Origin: Candidatus Cloacimonadota bacterium
GTDB lineage: Bacteria > Cloacimonadota > Cloacimonadia > G963667145
Direction of reading: 5' to 3'
Assembly (NCBI GenBank): GCA_963676615.1
Contig: OY781092.1
Location: forward strand, 973,745-1,037,744
DNA: 64,000 nucleotides
Shown: one piece after another, positions 19,070 to 29,139 of the stretch
How positions within the stretch are numbered: the stretch's first letter is position 1
How the letters are laid out: every line of letters begins with the position of its first letter
Translations under genes and position numbers: made by a program
Notes under the pieces: model-generated
Database searches by the model: none
What the model was told of the DNA's origin: nothing
Seen by the model: only the letters and a program-made list of their open reading frames with translations

Positions 19070-19642
19070 TTGCAAAAAGTGGTCTTGCCCGACAAAAAAC
19101 GGCACATTTTTCAGACCGCCGCAGGTCAAGCCATCTCCAGTGACGGCAACTTTTTGGTCGAAACAGTTTTGCAAAATCACAGCCAAAAAACGCTGAAAGC
19201 TTTGGATATAGGTTGCGGTTGCGGAATTTTGAGTTTTATGCTCAAGCTAGCTCGTCCAGATTGGCAAATCTCCGGAATCGACATTCAAAAAAATCTAATC
19301 CAACTCGCCAAAGAAAACGCTCAACTCTGCCAGCTAGACGCAGAGTTCGCTTGCGAAGATCTAAACTCGCACCGCGAAAAATACGACCTCATTATCTGCA
19401 ATCCGCCATTCTTCCCAAAAAATTCGGGAAAAATGCCCCAAGAAATCGGCAAGCAAATCGCCCGCTTCGAGCTTAAATGCACCCAACAACAAGTCATCGC
19501 CGCCGTTCAAAATTGCCTGCAGCCCCAAGGAAACGGCTACATCCTCTACCCTCTGGCTCGTTTGCAAACCGCAGAACTTCAGGCGAAAATCGTCGCCAAA
19601 AAGGGAAATGTTGGGGTGATAGCCATAACATTAAGAAGCTGA
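19070..19642 (+). CDS. SAM-dependent N6-adenine-type methyltransferase (TrmN6/YfiC-like small methyltransferase)
   Basis: It has the SAM motif LDIGCGCGIL and the NPPF motif in DLIICNPPFF. The start is uncertain: TTG at 19070 or GTG at 19079, with no in-frame ATG near the hisH stop. Confidence 0.55.
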   Translation: MQKVVLPDKKRHIFQTAAGQAISSDGNFLVETVLQNHSQKTLKALDIGCGCGILSFMLKLARPDWQISGIDIQKNLIQLAKENAQLCQLDAEFACEDLNSHREKYDLIICNPPFFPKNSGKMPQEIGKQIARFELKCTQQQVIAAVQNCLQPQGNGYILYPLARLQTAELQAKIVAKKGNVGVIAITLRS

Positions 19643-19730
19643 ATTGGATTTTAATACTAATAAAACACCACATTAAAGAGCATAAAAAAAGCCCGCGAAC
19701 AACAACAAATTTAAAGCAACAAGCAGATTT

Positions 19731-20153
19731 TTATTGATTAAGCGACTTCATCCCAAAGCAATAGACAACATGAGCGACATCAGATTTTCGATAAAATCGC
19801 TCCATGATTGGTATCCAAATTTTAAACAAAATCTTGGCTATCGCTTGTGAAAAGGGAATTTTCGCCTTGTTGGTTTGTTCTTTGGCAGGATCAGATTTCC
19901 AAGGCGGCGCATCCGCATATCCCGATTGCACAACGCTATACCCTTTTTTTGCGACCTCATCTTCCAACTCTTGCCTACTCATCCCTCTGCCAGAATGTTC
20001 CCGATTAGAATGCAAAAAAATCTTTCCTGTAGAGTACTTTTTTCGCAGTTTTTTACGCAAAACCTCAATCGAAACAATCTCAAAAATTTCGCCCAGACCA
20101 AAAATTTCACAACCATATTCCACATCCAAAGACAAACTAATCACCCTATCCAT
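19731..20153 (-). CDS. Hypothetical protein
   Basis: A 140-aa ORF with no family recognised. It lies in a local lower-GC patch. Confidence 0.3.
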   Translation of the reverse strand: MDRVISLSLDVEYGCEIFGLGEIFEIVSIEVLRKKLRKKYSTGKIFLHSNREHSGRGMSRQELEDEVAKKGYSVVQSGYADAPPWKSDPAKEQTNKAKIPFSQAIAKILFKIWIPIMERFYRKSDVAHVVYCFGMKSLNQ

Positions 20154-20186
20154 CTTTTGTAACCCTCAATATTTAACCCAAACAAT

Positions 20187-21158
20187 TCAGTCATCCAACT
20201 CTTTGATAACTGGCAAAATCCCAGGAATAGTAAAATATTTTTTCTCAATATTCAAGCTCTTCTTAAACTCACTACGGTAATACCAATCGCTACACAAAAA
20301 ATCTAGCTTTTTCTTAAACTCCTTCAGAGCAAAAAGTTGAAAAATAAATCTAGCGAAGGAGAAAACAAAATTTGGCAACTTATGCCACTTTCCATATCTC
20401 CCAGCACCTAAATTTTGACTAATAAAATCTGCCAAATCTGCCAAAATTACTGGCTCGTCATCAACAACAATATCTTCAAAACAATTAGAAAATTTTTCAT
20501 CTAAAATTTTCAAAAAAACTTCCACTAAAAGTTCAATGCTCGTTAAGTGAAACTTAACAGCTTTCCTCGGGAAAAACAGCTTTCTTTTGCGAACAAGGTT
20601 GATCAAAATGTTAGGAAACCCGTTTTTATCCTCTGTGCCATAAATGATACTAGGTCTGACGATATTGCAATTCAACCCTTTCTGCATCAAAATCTTCAAT
20701 CTTTTTTCTGCTTCAATCTTTGATTTATAATACAGGGAATCGCCTGACAAAACACTATTTTTACCCGCAGGAACTTTTGGAGGAATCGTGCCATAAACTC
20801 CCACAGAAGAGCAAAAAATAAACTTTGTTTTGTTTTGCAAAGCGCTTTTAGCCAAAATTTCGGTCGCCTCAACATTTGCCAAAAAATACTCTTTCTCAGA
20901 AAACTTCCGCTGCCTTAAAAGAGCTCCTATATGCAAAATTGCATAAAAATTTTCCGTTTCTAAATAGTTTTGCAAGCCGTCTAAATCGCACAAATCAATT
21001 TCAATAATTTTTATTTTCCCTGTAAATTCTTTTAATCTTTCAGGGGCAGTATTTGGTCGCACAATAGCTGTTACATTATATAAACCTGTCTTCAAAAGAG
21101 CCCGCGCAGTGTGTTTGCCGACAAATCCCGTAACGCCAGTGATTAGAACTTTCTTCAT
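20187..21158 (-). CDS. NAD-dependent epimerase/dehydratase (extended SDR family)
   Basis: The N-terminal Rossmann motif is ITGVTGFVGKH. It has the YxxxK region and lower-GC codon usage. Confidence 0.7.
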   Translation of the reverse strand: MKKVLITGVTGFVGKHTARALLKTGLYNVTAIVRPNTAPERLKEFTGKIKIIEIDLCDLDGLQNYLETENFYAILHIGALLRQRKFSEKEYFLANVEATEILAKSALQNKTKFIFCSSVGVYGTIPPKVPAGKNSVLSGDSLYYKSKIEAEKRLKILMQKGLNCNIVRPSIIYGTEDKNGFPNILINLVRKRKLFFPRKAVKFHLTSIELLVEVFLKILDEKFSNCFEDIVVDDEPVILADLADFISQNLGAGRYGKWHKLPNFVFSFARFIFQLFALKEFKKKLDFLCSDWYYRSEFKKSLNIEKKYFTIPGILPVIKELDD

Positions 21159-21161
21159 TTT

Positions 21162-21884
21162 TTATTTTGATTTTTTTTTAGAACAAATATACAAAAAACC
21201 TAAAGAAAAAAGTTTCGGAAAAATTTTGTGTATTCTTAAAAAAAGCAATATACTTTCAACAATCTGAAAAACAAATTTATCTTCTTTTCTCCTAAAAAAA
21301 CAATAATTTTTCTTCTCAATTTTAAAGCCCGCATCATCTAAAAGTTTTTCCAACTTCCCTTTGGAAAAAACCCTAATATGCTCAGAAAAAAGGTCTGTCC
21401 CATTTTTGTGCGAAATATCCATATAATCGACAAACTCACCCAAAACAAAGCGAATTCTATTAGCTATATTCAGCATATTCGGCACACAGACCACAAATTT
21501 CCCGTCGTCTTTCAAAGAAGCAAAAATAGAATTAACAGCCGCTTGAGGATCAAAAATATGCTCCAAAACATCCAAACAAAAAATAGCGTCAAACTCATTT
21601 TTTGAAAAAGGCAAAGCCTGTGTATTAAGGTTACAAACTTTGGCTTTAATTCCCAACTTGCTAGCTTTTTCAACAGCATTATTCGAAATATCTACACCGT
21701 ATGTTTGGTTATTTTCGATAAAAGGCGTTAACATAAAACCATCACCACAACCAATATCGAGAATTTTTTTATTACCCCCATCTTTCATAAAAGAGGAAAG
21801 CAAAATTTTTCTCACCCAATCGTGATAATAGCCACCGATATAAATCTTCTCTTTTTTCCAATACTCGTCATAATACTCTTTCAT
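21162..21884 (-). CDS. Class I SAM-dependent methyltransferase
   Basis: Motif I is ILDIGCGDGFM and the post-I acidic motif is FDAIFCLDVLEHI. It is adjacent to and co-oriented with the epimerase. Confidence 0.7.
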   Translation of the reverse strand: MKEYYDEYWKKEKIYIGGYYHDWVRKILLSSFMKDGGNKKILDIGCGDGFMLTPFIENNQTYGVDISNNAVEKASKLGIKAKVCNLNTQALPFSKNEFDAIFCLDVLEHIFDPQAAVNSIFASLKDDGKFVVCVPNMLNIANRIRFVLGEFVDYMDISHKNGTDLFSEHIRVFSKGKLEKLLDDAGFKIEKKNYCFFRRKEDKFVFQIVESILLFLRIHKIFPKLFSLGFLYICSKKKSK

Positions 21885-22027
21885 TTTATCTCCATTATTA
21901 GTCGTTCTAACTTTGAAATCGCAAATATACTGACAAGCAAATTTTCCACCTTTTTATTTTCGCTTGACATCATAGAGTCCGCTGCAAACTGTTATCAAAA
22001 TTATTTTTGTTAAAAAAGAGGGACAAA

Positions 22028-23422
22028 ATGAGTAAACTTTGGGGCGGCAGATTTCAGAAAGAGACCGACAAGTTGGTGGAAGATTTTCATTCGTCGATTG
22101 GGTTTGACCAAAGGCTTTATCGGCAAGATATTCAAGGATCAATCGCTCACGCCAAGATGCTAGGAGAGCAAAATATCATCTCGCAAAATGAGGCGAAAGT
22201 TCTTGTAAACGGGCTGCTGGAGCTGCAAGCCGAGATAGACGCTGGCAAAATCAAGTTCGACCCCGCTGCCGAAGATATTCATATGAACATCGAGACTCTG
22301 CTGACAAAAAAAGTTGGCGATGTTGGCAAAAAGTTGCACACGGGCAGGTCGCGAAACGACCAAGTCGCTTTGGATATCAAGCTGTATCTGAAGAAAGAGA
22401 TTGCGAGCTTGCAAACTCTACTCCTGCAATTGCAAAAGACTATTTTGGAGCTTGCCAAAAAAAACTTGCACACCATTATGCCGGGCTACACGCATCTGCA
22501 AAAGGCGCAGCCGATCACTTTTGCGCACCACATTATGGCATATTTTTTTATGTTTGAACGAGATTTGAGCAGGTTCGCCGATTGCCAAAAAAGAGCAGAC
22601 ACTTGTCCGCTTGGCTCTGGCGCCCTTGCCACAACCACTTTTCCACTGGATAGAAAAATGGTCGCCGATGAGCTTGGCTTTGCCGAAATCACCGCCAACT
22701 CTCTGGACGGCGTGAGCGACCGCGACCACATCGCCGAGTTTCAGTCTGCCGCCGCAATTTTGATGATGCACTTTTCCCGATTGTGCGAAGAGATTATCCT
22801 CTGGTCGAGCGACGAATTCGGCTTCATCACGCTGGACGACGCCTATTCCACGGGCTCGAGCATTATGCCGCAAAAGAAAAATCCCGATGTTGCCGAACTG
22901 ATTAGAGGCAAAACTGGGCGAGTTTACGGAAATTTGCTGGCGATTTTGACGATCCTGAAGTCGCTGCCGCTTGCCTATAACAAAGATATGCAGGAGGACA
23001 AGGAGAGCTTTTTCGATACGGTCGATACGCTCTACGGCTGCCTTTTGACCATCACGCCGATGCTGGCGACGATGAAGATAAACAGCGAAAAAATGCTGGC
23101 TGGAGCCTCAGGCGGCTTTACCAACGCCACAGATGTCGCCGACTATCTTGCCAAAAAAGGGACACCTTTCCGCGAGGCTCACCGCATCGTGGGCGAGATT
23201 GTTTTTCATTGCCTAGAGAAAAAAATCGCCATCCAAGAGTTAACTTTGGCTGAATTTCAAAAATTTTCGCCGATTTTCACTGATGATATTTACGAGTTTA
23301 TCACCTTGCAAACTTGTGTCAACAAGCGAGATTTGCCCAGCGGACCAGCGCCAACGGCGGTAAAAGAGAGCATCGAGCTTGGCGAAAAATTGCTCGCAAA
23401 ATTTAGGCAAGAAAATTTTTAG
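22028..23422 (+). CDS. argH: Argininosuccinate lyase
   Basis: It begins MSKLWGGRFQKETD and carries the fumarate-lyase signature GSSIMPQKKNPD. Confidence 0.9.
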   Translation: MSKLWGGRFQKETDKLVEDFHSSIGFDQRLYRQDIQGSIAHAKMLGEQNIISQNEAKVLVNGLLELQAEIDAGKIKFDPAAEDIHMNIETLLTKKVGDVGKKLHTGRSRNDQVALDIKLYLKKEIASLQTLLLQLQKTILELAKKNLHTIMPGYTHLQKAQPITFAHHIMAYFFMFERDLSRFADCQKRADTCPLGSGALATTTFPLDRKMVADELGFAEITANSLDGVSDRDHIAEFQSAAAILMMHFSRLCEEIILWSSDEFGFITLDDAYSTGSSIMPQKKNPDVAELIRGKTGRVYGNLLAILTILKSLPLAYNKDMQEDKESFFDTVDTLYGCLLTITPMLATMKINSEKMLAGASGGFTNATDVADYLAKKGTPFREAHRIVGEIVFHCLEKKIAIQELTLAEFQKFSPIFTDDIYEFITLQTCVNKRDLPSGPAPTAVKESIELGEKLLAKFRQENF

Positions 23423-23432
23423 CTAAAAAAGT

Positions 23433-23855
23433 TTATCCGCTTTGGCAGGCGAGTTTTTCCAGCTCGTCCAACGCCTGACTTGGCGTTTTGGCAACGACAA
23501 AAAGCTCTTCCGCCGTCGAAAATTTTTTTGCGATTGTGAACTGGATAAATTCCAGCAGTTTGTCGTAAAATCCAGCCGTGTTCAAAAAAACAATCGGTTT
23601 GTGATGGTAGCCCAATTTTCGCAAAGTTATCATCTCCAGCACCTCCTCCAGCGTTCCGTATCCGCCCGGCAGAGCGATGAAAGCGTCGGCGTTGTCTTGC
23701 ATTACCGCCTTGCGAATCCGCATATTTTCGGTGAAAATCATCTGGCTAGCGCCGCGATAAGCCAGCTCTAGATTTTTCAACTTGTGTGGAATCACGCCCA
23801 AAGTGTAACCTCCTGCGCTCATAACGCTTCTGGCGAGCTCGCCCATCAGACCCAC
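23433..23855 (-). pseudogene. LOG-family (TIGR00730, cytokinin riboside 5'-monophosphate phosphoribohydrolase-like) gene, C-terminal fragment left by an IS insertion
   Basis: It begins (G)LMGELARS and contains PGGYGTLEEVLEMITL. The N-terminal Rossmann region is missing here and is found on the far side of the IS at 25185..25339. Confidence 0.7.
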
Positions 23856-23909
23856 ATTTCGGCACCGTCCAAAAAAGTGTGTCTAATCTCCAATTTGGTT
23901 TCCATTTTC

Positions 23910-24428
23910 TTAACTTTCTGGGAACAAAATTTTGTCAAATTTAAATTGATAAATCGGATAATTCAGATATTTATCGACCTTGTCCATCGCGACCTTGCTC
24001 AGCAGCAGTAGCACAGACTCATCGCTGGGCATCGAGTTCCTGATTTTCAAAACTTTCCGAAACTGTTTATTCAAATTTTCGATCCAATTTGTGGTGTAAA
24101 TCAGCCGCTGAATTCTGTGGTCAAACTCCAAAAAAGTGAAATAATAAACGACATCGTCTCTGTTTAATAACTTCTTGGTAAATCGATACTTATCTCCCCA
24201 TTTTTTCGCAAAATTATCCAAATTTTTCAAAGCAATTTCTTTCGTATAGCGTTCTTGTCCGACGCAAAAAATTTCCTTCAAATCGTCGCTAATTTCGCTT
24301 TTATCACTATTCCTGACCTTAGCTAATAGACTTCTTTTAAAGTGAGTTACACACTTTTGAAATTTCGCATTTTTAAAAACTTTGCTCACCACATTTTCCA
24401 GCCCAACAAGGCCGTCAGCCACGACCAA
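23910..24428 (-). pseudogene. IS256-family transposase, C-terminal part (split ORF)
   Basis: It begins VVADGLVGLENVVSKVFKNAKFQKCVTHFKRS, which continues the conserved core (DGxxGL ... FPxAxxQRC-like). Together the two parts give about 386 aa. Confidence 0.7.
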
Positions 24429-24437
24429 TTTTGTCGT

Positions 24438-25079
24438 TTACAAGCCTCGCGATTTTAGGCGATTAAACAAGAATTCCCAGCCAGCAGCGCTCTCGGTCGG
24501 GATATTTTCGAGCGCCAAAATGTCCCGACTTTTGTCCTCTCGGACGCCGATAACCACGCAAAACGCCTCAGTTTCAACACTGTCGAGCCGCCTCAATTTG
24601 GAATGTATGGCGTCAATCATAATAATCGGATAGTTTTTTTCTAGCGGCCTATTTCGCCAATTTGTCAACAATTCTTTGAATTCTTGGCTGATATTGCTGA
24701 TGGTCGATTTTTTGTAATTCGTGCCAAAAACATTTGCGAAAACATTCTCTATGTCTCTGGTAGACAAGCCTTTAGCATACAGCTGAAACGCCAATTCTCG
24801 TACTTCTTGCTCCTGCTTTTTCAAAATTTCCAAGATAAATGGATAAAATTGACCGAATCTGTCGCGCGGAATTTTGAATTGAATTTTGCCGCTGAGAGAT
24901 GAAAAACACCTGCTGCGATAGCCGTTGCCTTTGTTGTTTGAGCTTTTGTTTTCCGCCATAAAAGCCTGTCTTTCCAGCTTCATAAGGCTGTTAAAAACGA
25001 ACTCGATCAATTTATTCGCGCCATAATCATTGACATTTTCGTCTAAAATTTTTTGTAGTTGACTTGCGTTAAATCGCAT
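24438..25079 (-). pseudogene. IS256-family transposase, N-terminal part (split ORF)
   Basis: The sequence MRFNASQLQKIL ... AFQLYAKGLSTRDIENV ... IIMIDAIHSKLR matches the Transposase_mut pattern. The ORF terminates about 10 nt before the next ORF, which continues the same protein. Confidence 0.7.
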
Positions 25080-25184
25080 AAGAATCTCCTTTTTTGTTCT
25101 TTTTTTTATAAAAATTGGAGATTCTTTTTTTGTGTCTAGTTTTTTTTGCTGCAGACACACTTTTTTGGACAGTGCCCACATTTT

Positions 25185-25339
25185 CCACCGCCATAAACCA
25201 AACTATGCCCCCGAGTGACCATCTGCCTGCCCAAATCTTTAGCGGCGTCTTTGTAAGTTTGATCGATATTTTCCGCCGAAGCACAATAAACACAAATATT
25301 CATAACTTCCTCTGGTTTTGTCAAAAAAAGCACCTCCAC
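25185..25339 (-). pseudogene. LOG-family gene, N-terminal fragment
   Basis: The sequence ICVYCASAENIDQTYKDAAKDLGRQMVTRGHSLVYGGG then reads into the IS end. Joining it across one copy of the target-site duplication restores GGG-NV-GLMGELA, the LOG GGGxxGLMG motif. Confidence 0.7.
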
Positions 25340-25374
25340 CTTTCACGATGGAAGTGCTTTTGCTTTTTTATTTT

Positions 25375-27123
25375 TTACTCTTGTTTGCCCGATAGTTTGT
25401 TGCGTTTTTTGTAGTGCGTATGCAAATATTGGTGAGATTTGTGCGAGAGCGGCTCGCCCAAAAACTCTTTGTAAATTTTGGTAATCATCGGGTTGGTGTG
25501 CGAAGCCCTAAACTGGCAATCTTTGTCCTCTTTGTAGAGCGATTCGCCGCGTCTGGCACGGTCGGCAATGCTAGAGCCATACGGCTGTCCGCCGCCACCA
25601 ACGCATCCGCCAGGGCACGCCATTATCTCGATAAAGTGGTAAGATTTTTTACCCGACTGCACATCTTCGAGCAGCTTTTTGGCGTTGCCAAGCCCGTGCA
25701 CCACAGCCACATTCACCGTCAAAGTCGTCGAACTGTCTTTCAGCGGAATGTCCAAACTCGCTTCCTTAATTCCTTGCATTCCGCGCACAGCTTCCACCTC
25801 CATCTTGCCCAGCTCTTTGCCCGATAAAATTGCATAAGCTGTGCGAATTGCCGCTTCCATCACTCCACCTGTCGCACCAAAAATCGTCCCCGCACCTGTG
25901 TATTGTCCCATAAGCTGGTCGGCTTCCTCTTCTGGCAAATTTTTGAAATCCAAATTTGCCGCCTTTATCATCTTTACAAACTCCCGCACAGTCAGCACAC
26001 AATCGACATCCTGATAGCCAGAAGCGTTCATCTCGGGGCGCTTTGCCTCAAATTTTTTGGCTGTGCAAGGCATAATCGACACGCTGACAATATCTTTGGG
26101 GTCGATTTTCTCTTGCTCGGCAAAATAGGTCTTCACCATCGCGCCGAACATCTGTTGCGGCGATTTGCAAGTAGAAACATTATCGAGCAAATCTGGGAAA
26201 TAGGTCTCCACAAACTTCACCCAGCCAGGCGAACAAGAGGTGATAAGCGGTAAAGTTCCGCCCTCTTTTATCCGCTGAATAAGCTCCGAGCCCTCTTCCA
26301 TTATCGTCAAATCCGCAGCAAAGTTCGTATCGAAAACGCGGTCAAATCCCAGACGACGCAAAGCGGCATACATTTTGCCAACCGTCACTTTCGTCGGATC
26401 CATTCCAAACTCTTCGCCAAGAGCAGCCCGAACCGACGGCGCCTCTTGCACCACCACAATTTTGCTCGGGTCGAACAAAGCGTCTTGCACCTGCTCAATC
26501 TCACTCTTTTCCTTGAGCGCGCCCACAGGACAATACACCGTGCACTGCCCGCAGTTCACGCAAGGACTATCGGCAAGGCTCGTATCAAACGCCGCAGTCA
26601 CCTTGCTGGCAAAGCCACGACCGCTCACACAAAGAGCGTGAACTTTTTGAATATCGTTACACACCGTGATGCAACGCCCGCAATGGATGCACTTGTTGGT
26701 ATCTTTCACAATCGAAGGCCCCAAATTATCCACCTTCGCCCGCTCGAAAATCGGCTCGTAATCCGACTCGGGAATGTCCAAATAGTTGATCAGCTCCTGC
26801 AACTCGCATTTGCCGTTTTGGTCGCAAGTCGGGCATTTCACATCGTGTTCCAACAAAATCAAAGACAAGAGCTCTTTGCGAAGTTTGCGAATTTCTGGCG
26901 AATCGGTAACTATCGACATTCCGTCTGCCACAGGCGTAACACACGCCCGCTTTAGCGGACCCACACCCTCTATCTTCACCACACAAACTCCACAATTTCC
27001 AGTAGGAGTCAAATCTTTGTGATAACACAAACTCGGGATGTAATGTCCGCTCTGCTCAGCCGCTTCCATAATGGTCTGACCAGCCTTAGCCTCTACCGTT
27101 TTTCCGTTTATCGTTATTTGCAT
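25375..27123 (-). CDS. hydA: [FeFe]-hydrogenase catalytic subunit (M3-type, CpI/HydA-like)
   Basis: It has an N-terminal plant-type [2Fe-2S] domain and [4Fe-4S] motifs (CIHCGRCITVC). The H-cluster motifs are L1 SCSPGWV, L2 MPCTAKKFE and L3 EIMACPGGCVGGGGQP. Confidence 0.9.
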   Translation of the reverse strand: MQITINGKTVEAKAGQTIMEAAEQSGHYIPSLCYHKDLTPTGNCGVCVVKIEGVGPLKRACVTPVADGMSIVTDSPEIRKLRKELLSLILLEHDVKCPTCDQNGKCELQELINYLDIPESDYEPIFERAKVDNLGPSIVKDTNKCIHCGRCITVCNDIQKVHALCVSGRGFASKVTAAFDTSLADSPCVNCGQCTVYCPVGALKEKSEIEQVQDALFDPSKIVVVQEAPSVRAALGEEFGMDPTKVTVGKMYAALRRLGFDRVFDTNFAADLTIMEEGSELIQRIKEGGTLPLITSCSPGWVKFVETYFPDLLDNVSTCKSPQQMFGAMVKTYFAEQEKIDPKDIVSVSIMPCTAKKFEAKRPEMNASGYQDVDCVLTVREFVKMIKAANLDFKNLPEEEADQLMGQYTGAGTIFGATGGVMEAAIRTAYAILSGKELGKMEVEAVRGMQGIKEASLDIPLKDSSTTLTVNVAVVHGLGNAKKLLEDVQSGKKSYHFIEIMACPGGCVGGGGQPYGSSIADRARRGESLYKEDKDCQFRASHTNPMITKIYKEFLGEPLSHKSHQYLHTHYKKRNKLSGKQE

Positions 27124-27127
27124 TTTC

Positions 27128-28684
27128 TTACTCTCCTATAAACTTTTCAAATTCATCTCCAAAATATTTGACCATACTGCCAATGGGCATCGCAGGAGAT
27201 TGTCCCAGTGCGCAAAAAGAGGTTTTTTGCATCAAGCTGGAAACTTCGTCCAACCTTTTCACATCAGCGCGGCAGCCTTCTCCAGCCAATATTTTGTCTA
27301 TCAAACCAACCAAAACTTTGCAACCAATCCGACAAGAGCTACATTTTCCACAAGATTCGTGCAAAAAGAAGTTCAAAATAGAACGCAAAACTTTGAGCAT
27401 ATTTGCTTTTTCGCTCATAATCAAAATCGCCCCAGAGCCAAGCACCGCAGACTCTTTGGACAGATTTTCAAAATCGAGCTTAATCTGCAGAAGCTCCTTT
27501 GGCAAAAACATTCCCGCAGCTCCGCCAACCAAAGCGGCTTTGAACTTCTTGTCCTCTTTGAGTCCGCCGCCGTATTTAAAGATAATCTCCGACAAAGTCG
27601 TGCCCATAGGCACCTCTATCAAGCCGGGACTGTTCACATCGCCCAAAATCGTGTAAACCTTTGTTCCGCAAGAGCCAGGCGTGCCAATCTCGGCAAACTT
27701 CGCTCCGCCATTTTCCACAATCTCTGGCAAATTGGAGAGCGTCTCGACATTGTTAACCACCGTCGGTTTGCCCCAAAGTCCGCTCACGCCAGGATAAGGA
27801 GGCTTCGAGCGAGGATTACCTCTGCCGCCCTCCAGCGAATTCAAAAGCGCCGTCTCCTCACCGCAAACATAAGCACCAGCGCCAACTTTGACCATCACAT
27901 CAAAATCGAAACCGCTACCCAAAATATCTTTGCCCAAAAGCCCATACTCTCTGGCTTGCGCAATCGCTTTTTTGAGCCGATTAATGCAAAGCTTATACTC
28001 GCCACGAATGTAGATAAATCCAGTGTCCGCGCCAGCCACAAAACCCGCTATCATCATTCCCTCGAGCAGCTTGTGCGGGTCGCCTTCCATAATCAGCCGA
28101 TCCTTAAAAGTTCCCGCTTCGCCCTCGTCGGCGTTCACGACGATATACTTGTGCTTTTCGTCCAATTTGGCAGTCAGCTCCAGCTTCATTCCCGTGGGAA
28201 ATCCAGCACCGCCACGACCACGCAAATTGGAAGTTTTAATCTCTCGCAAAACCTCGTCTCTGCCCAGCTGCAAAGCTTTTCCCAAAGCTTGATAACCGTC
28301 CACGGCGATATACTCGTCGATAGATTCTGGGTCAATTTTGCCCGAATTTTTAAGCACAATTCGGTGTGAAAAAGCAAAATCAACCTCTTGTTTGGCTGGC
28401 TGACTCAAACTTTTCACAGGTCGCCCTTTAAGGAAATGTTCCAAAACAATCTGCGGAACATCCTCCACGGTGATATTGTGATACAAAAGATTATCGGGAT
28501 AAACCAGAAAATGCACGCCTTTGGACACATAGCCCAGCGTCCCTGTCTCCAGCACACCGACCTCTTTCTCCAAACCGTTTTTCGCCAGCTCGTCGCGCAT
28601 AGCCTGAATGACCGCCTTGACGCCCTTGTCCAGAGTGTGATCGTCAACTACAAAAAGAATGTGAGTTCTATAAAACATTTTCAC
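27128..28684 (-). CDS. NuoF-like flavoprotein subunit with a Cys-less N-terminal thioredoxin-like domain
   Basis: It has the FMN/NADH-site motif GRGGAGFPTGMK and the N3 [4Fe-4S] motif ESCGKCSSCRIGC. The N-terminal roughly 90 aa align with thioredoxin-like [2Fe-2S] domains but lack the Cys ligands. There is no C-terminal ferredoxin domain. Confidence 0.8.
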   Translation of the reverse strand: MKMFYRTHILFVVDDHTLDKGVKAVIQAMRDELAKNGLEKEVGVLETGTLGYVSKGVHFLVYPDNLLYHNITVEDVPQIVLEHFLKGRPVKSLSQPAKQEVDFAFSHRIVLKNSGKIDPESIDEYIAVDGYQALGKALQLGRDEVLREIKTSNLRGRGGAGFPTGMKLELTAKLDEKHKYIVVNADEGEAGTFKDRLIMEGDPHKLLEGMMIAGFVAGADTGFIYIRGEYKLCINRLKKAIAQAREYGLLGKDILGSGFDFDVMVKVGAGAYVCGEETALLNSLEGGRGNPRSKPPYPGVSGLWGKPTVVNNVETLSNLPEIVENGGAKFAEIGTPGSCGTKVYTILGDVNSPGLIEVPMGTTLSEIIFKYGGGLKEDKKFKAALVGGAAGMFLPKELLQIKLDFENLSKESAVLGSGAILIMSEKANMLKVLRSILNFFLHESCGKCSSCRIGCKVLVGLIDKILAGEGCRADVKRLDEVSSLMQKTSFCALGQSPAMPIGSMVKYFGDEFEKFIGE

Positions 28685-29108
28685 CTCCCTGCAGATTTTT
28701 GAGCAACCCCTCCAGCTTCTCTTGGGTCATATTTCCGTAAACTTTATCGTTGACCAGCACCACAGGAGCGTTACCACACACGCCCAGACACTGACAAGCT
28801 TCCAAAGTCACATCGTTCATTTTTTTGGTCTTTTTTTTCAGATAATCAAGCAAATTGTCCGAGCCCTGCACAACGCAATGAGGCGACTGACACACCTTGA
28901 TTACAAACTTTCCTCTGGATTCAAGCGCAAACATCGAATAAAAACTCGCCACAGAATACACCTGATTATAAGGCATCTTCAAATAATGTGCCACCTCTTT
29001 CAGAGCATCAACGCTCAGATGCTGCGTAGGGCTAGCGTCCTGAGCTATATGCAAAATCTGCAAAATATTCTCAGGCTTTGGTGGATATTTCGTAAAATCT
29101 GTCAACAC
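28668..29108 (-). CDS. NuoE-like [2Fe-2S] subunit (HydC/HndA-like)
   Basis: It has the thioredoxin-like [2Fe-2S] Cys pattern: CQSPHCVVQG, then CLGVCGNAP. Confidence 0.8.
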   Translation of the reverse strand: MLTDFTKYPPKPENILQILHIAQDASPTQHLSVDALKEVAHYLKMPYNQVYSVASFYSMFALESRGKFVIKVCQSPHCVVQGSDNLLDYLKKKTKKMNDVTLEACQCLGVCGNAPVVLVNDKVYGNMTQEKLEGLLKNLQGGENVL

Positions 29109-29139
29109 AACCTCCTTTTAGTTTCCACAACTTTCAACA

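Larger units (their letters stand above)
23861..25176 (-). mobile_element. IS256-family insertion sequence
   Basis: The terminal inverted repeats are GGCACCGTCCAAAAAAGTGTGTCT (23861..23884) and its near-perfect reverse complement (25153..25176). They are flanked by imperfect 8-bp direct repeats CACATTTC and CACATTTT. The element is 1316 bp and carries an IS256-type (mutator) transposase split into two ORFs. Confidence 0.8.

Noticed and set aside
21964-21998. TTGACA hexamer upstream of argH as a sigma-70 promoter
   Set aside because: The nearest TATCAA-like -10 is about 23 nt away, which is outside the 16-19 nt spacing. It was not called.
27200-28369. 389-aa plus-strand ORF antisense to the NuoF-like gene
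   Set aside because: The NuoF-like gene on the opposite strand has unambiguous FMN and Fe-S motifs. This ORF has none.
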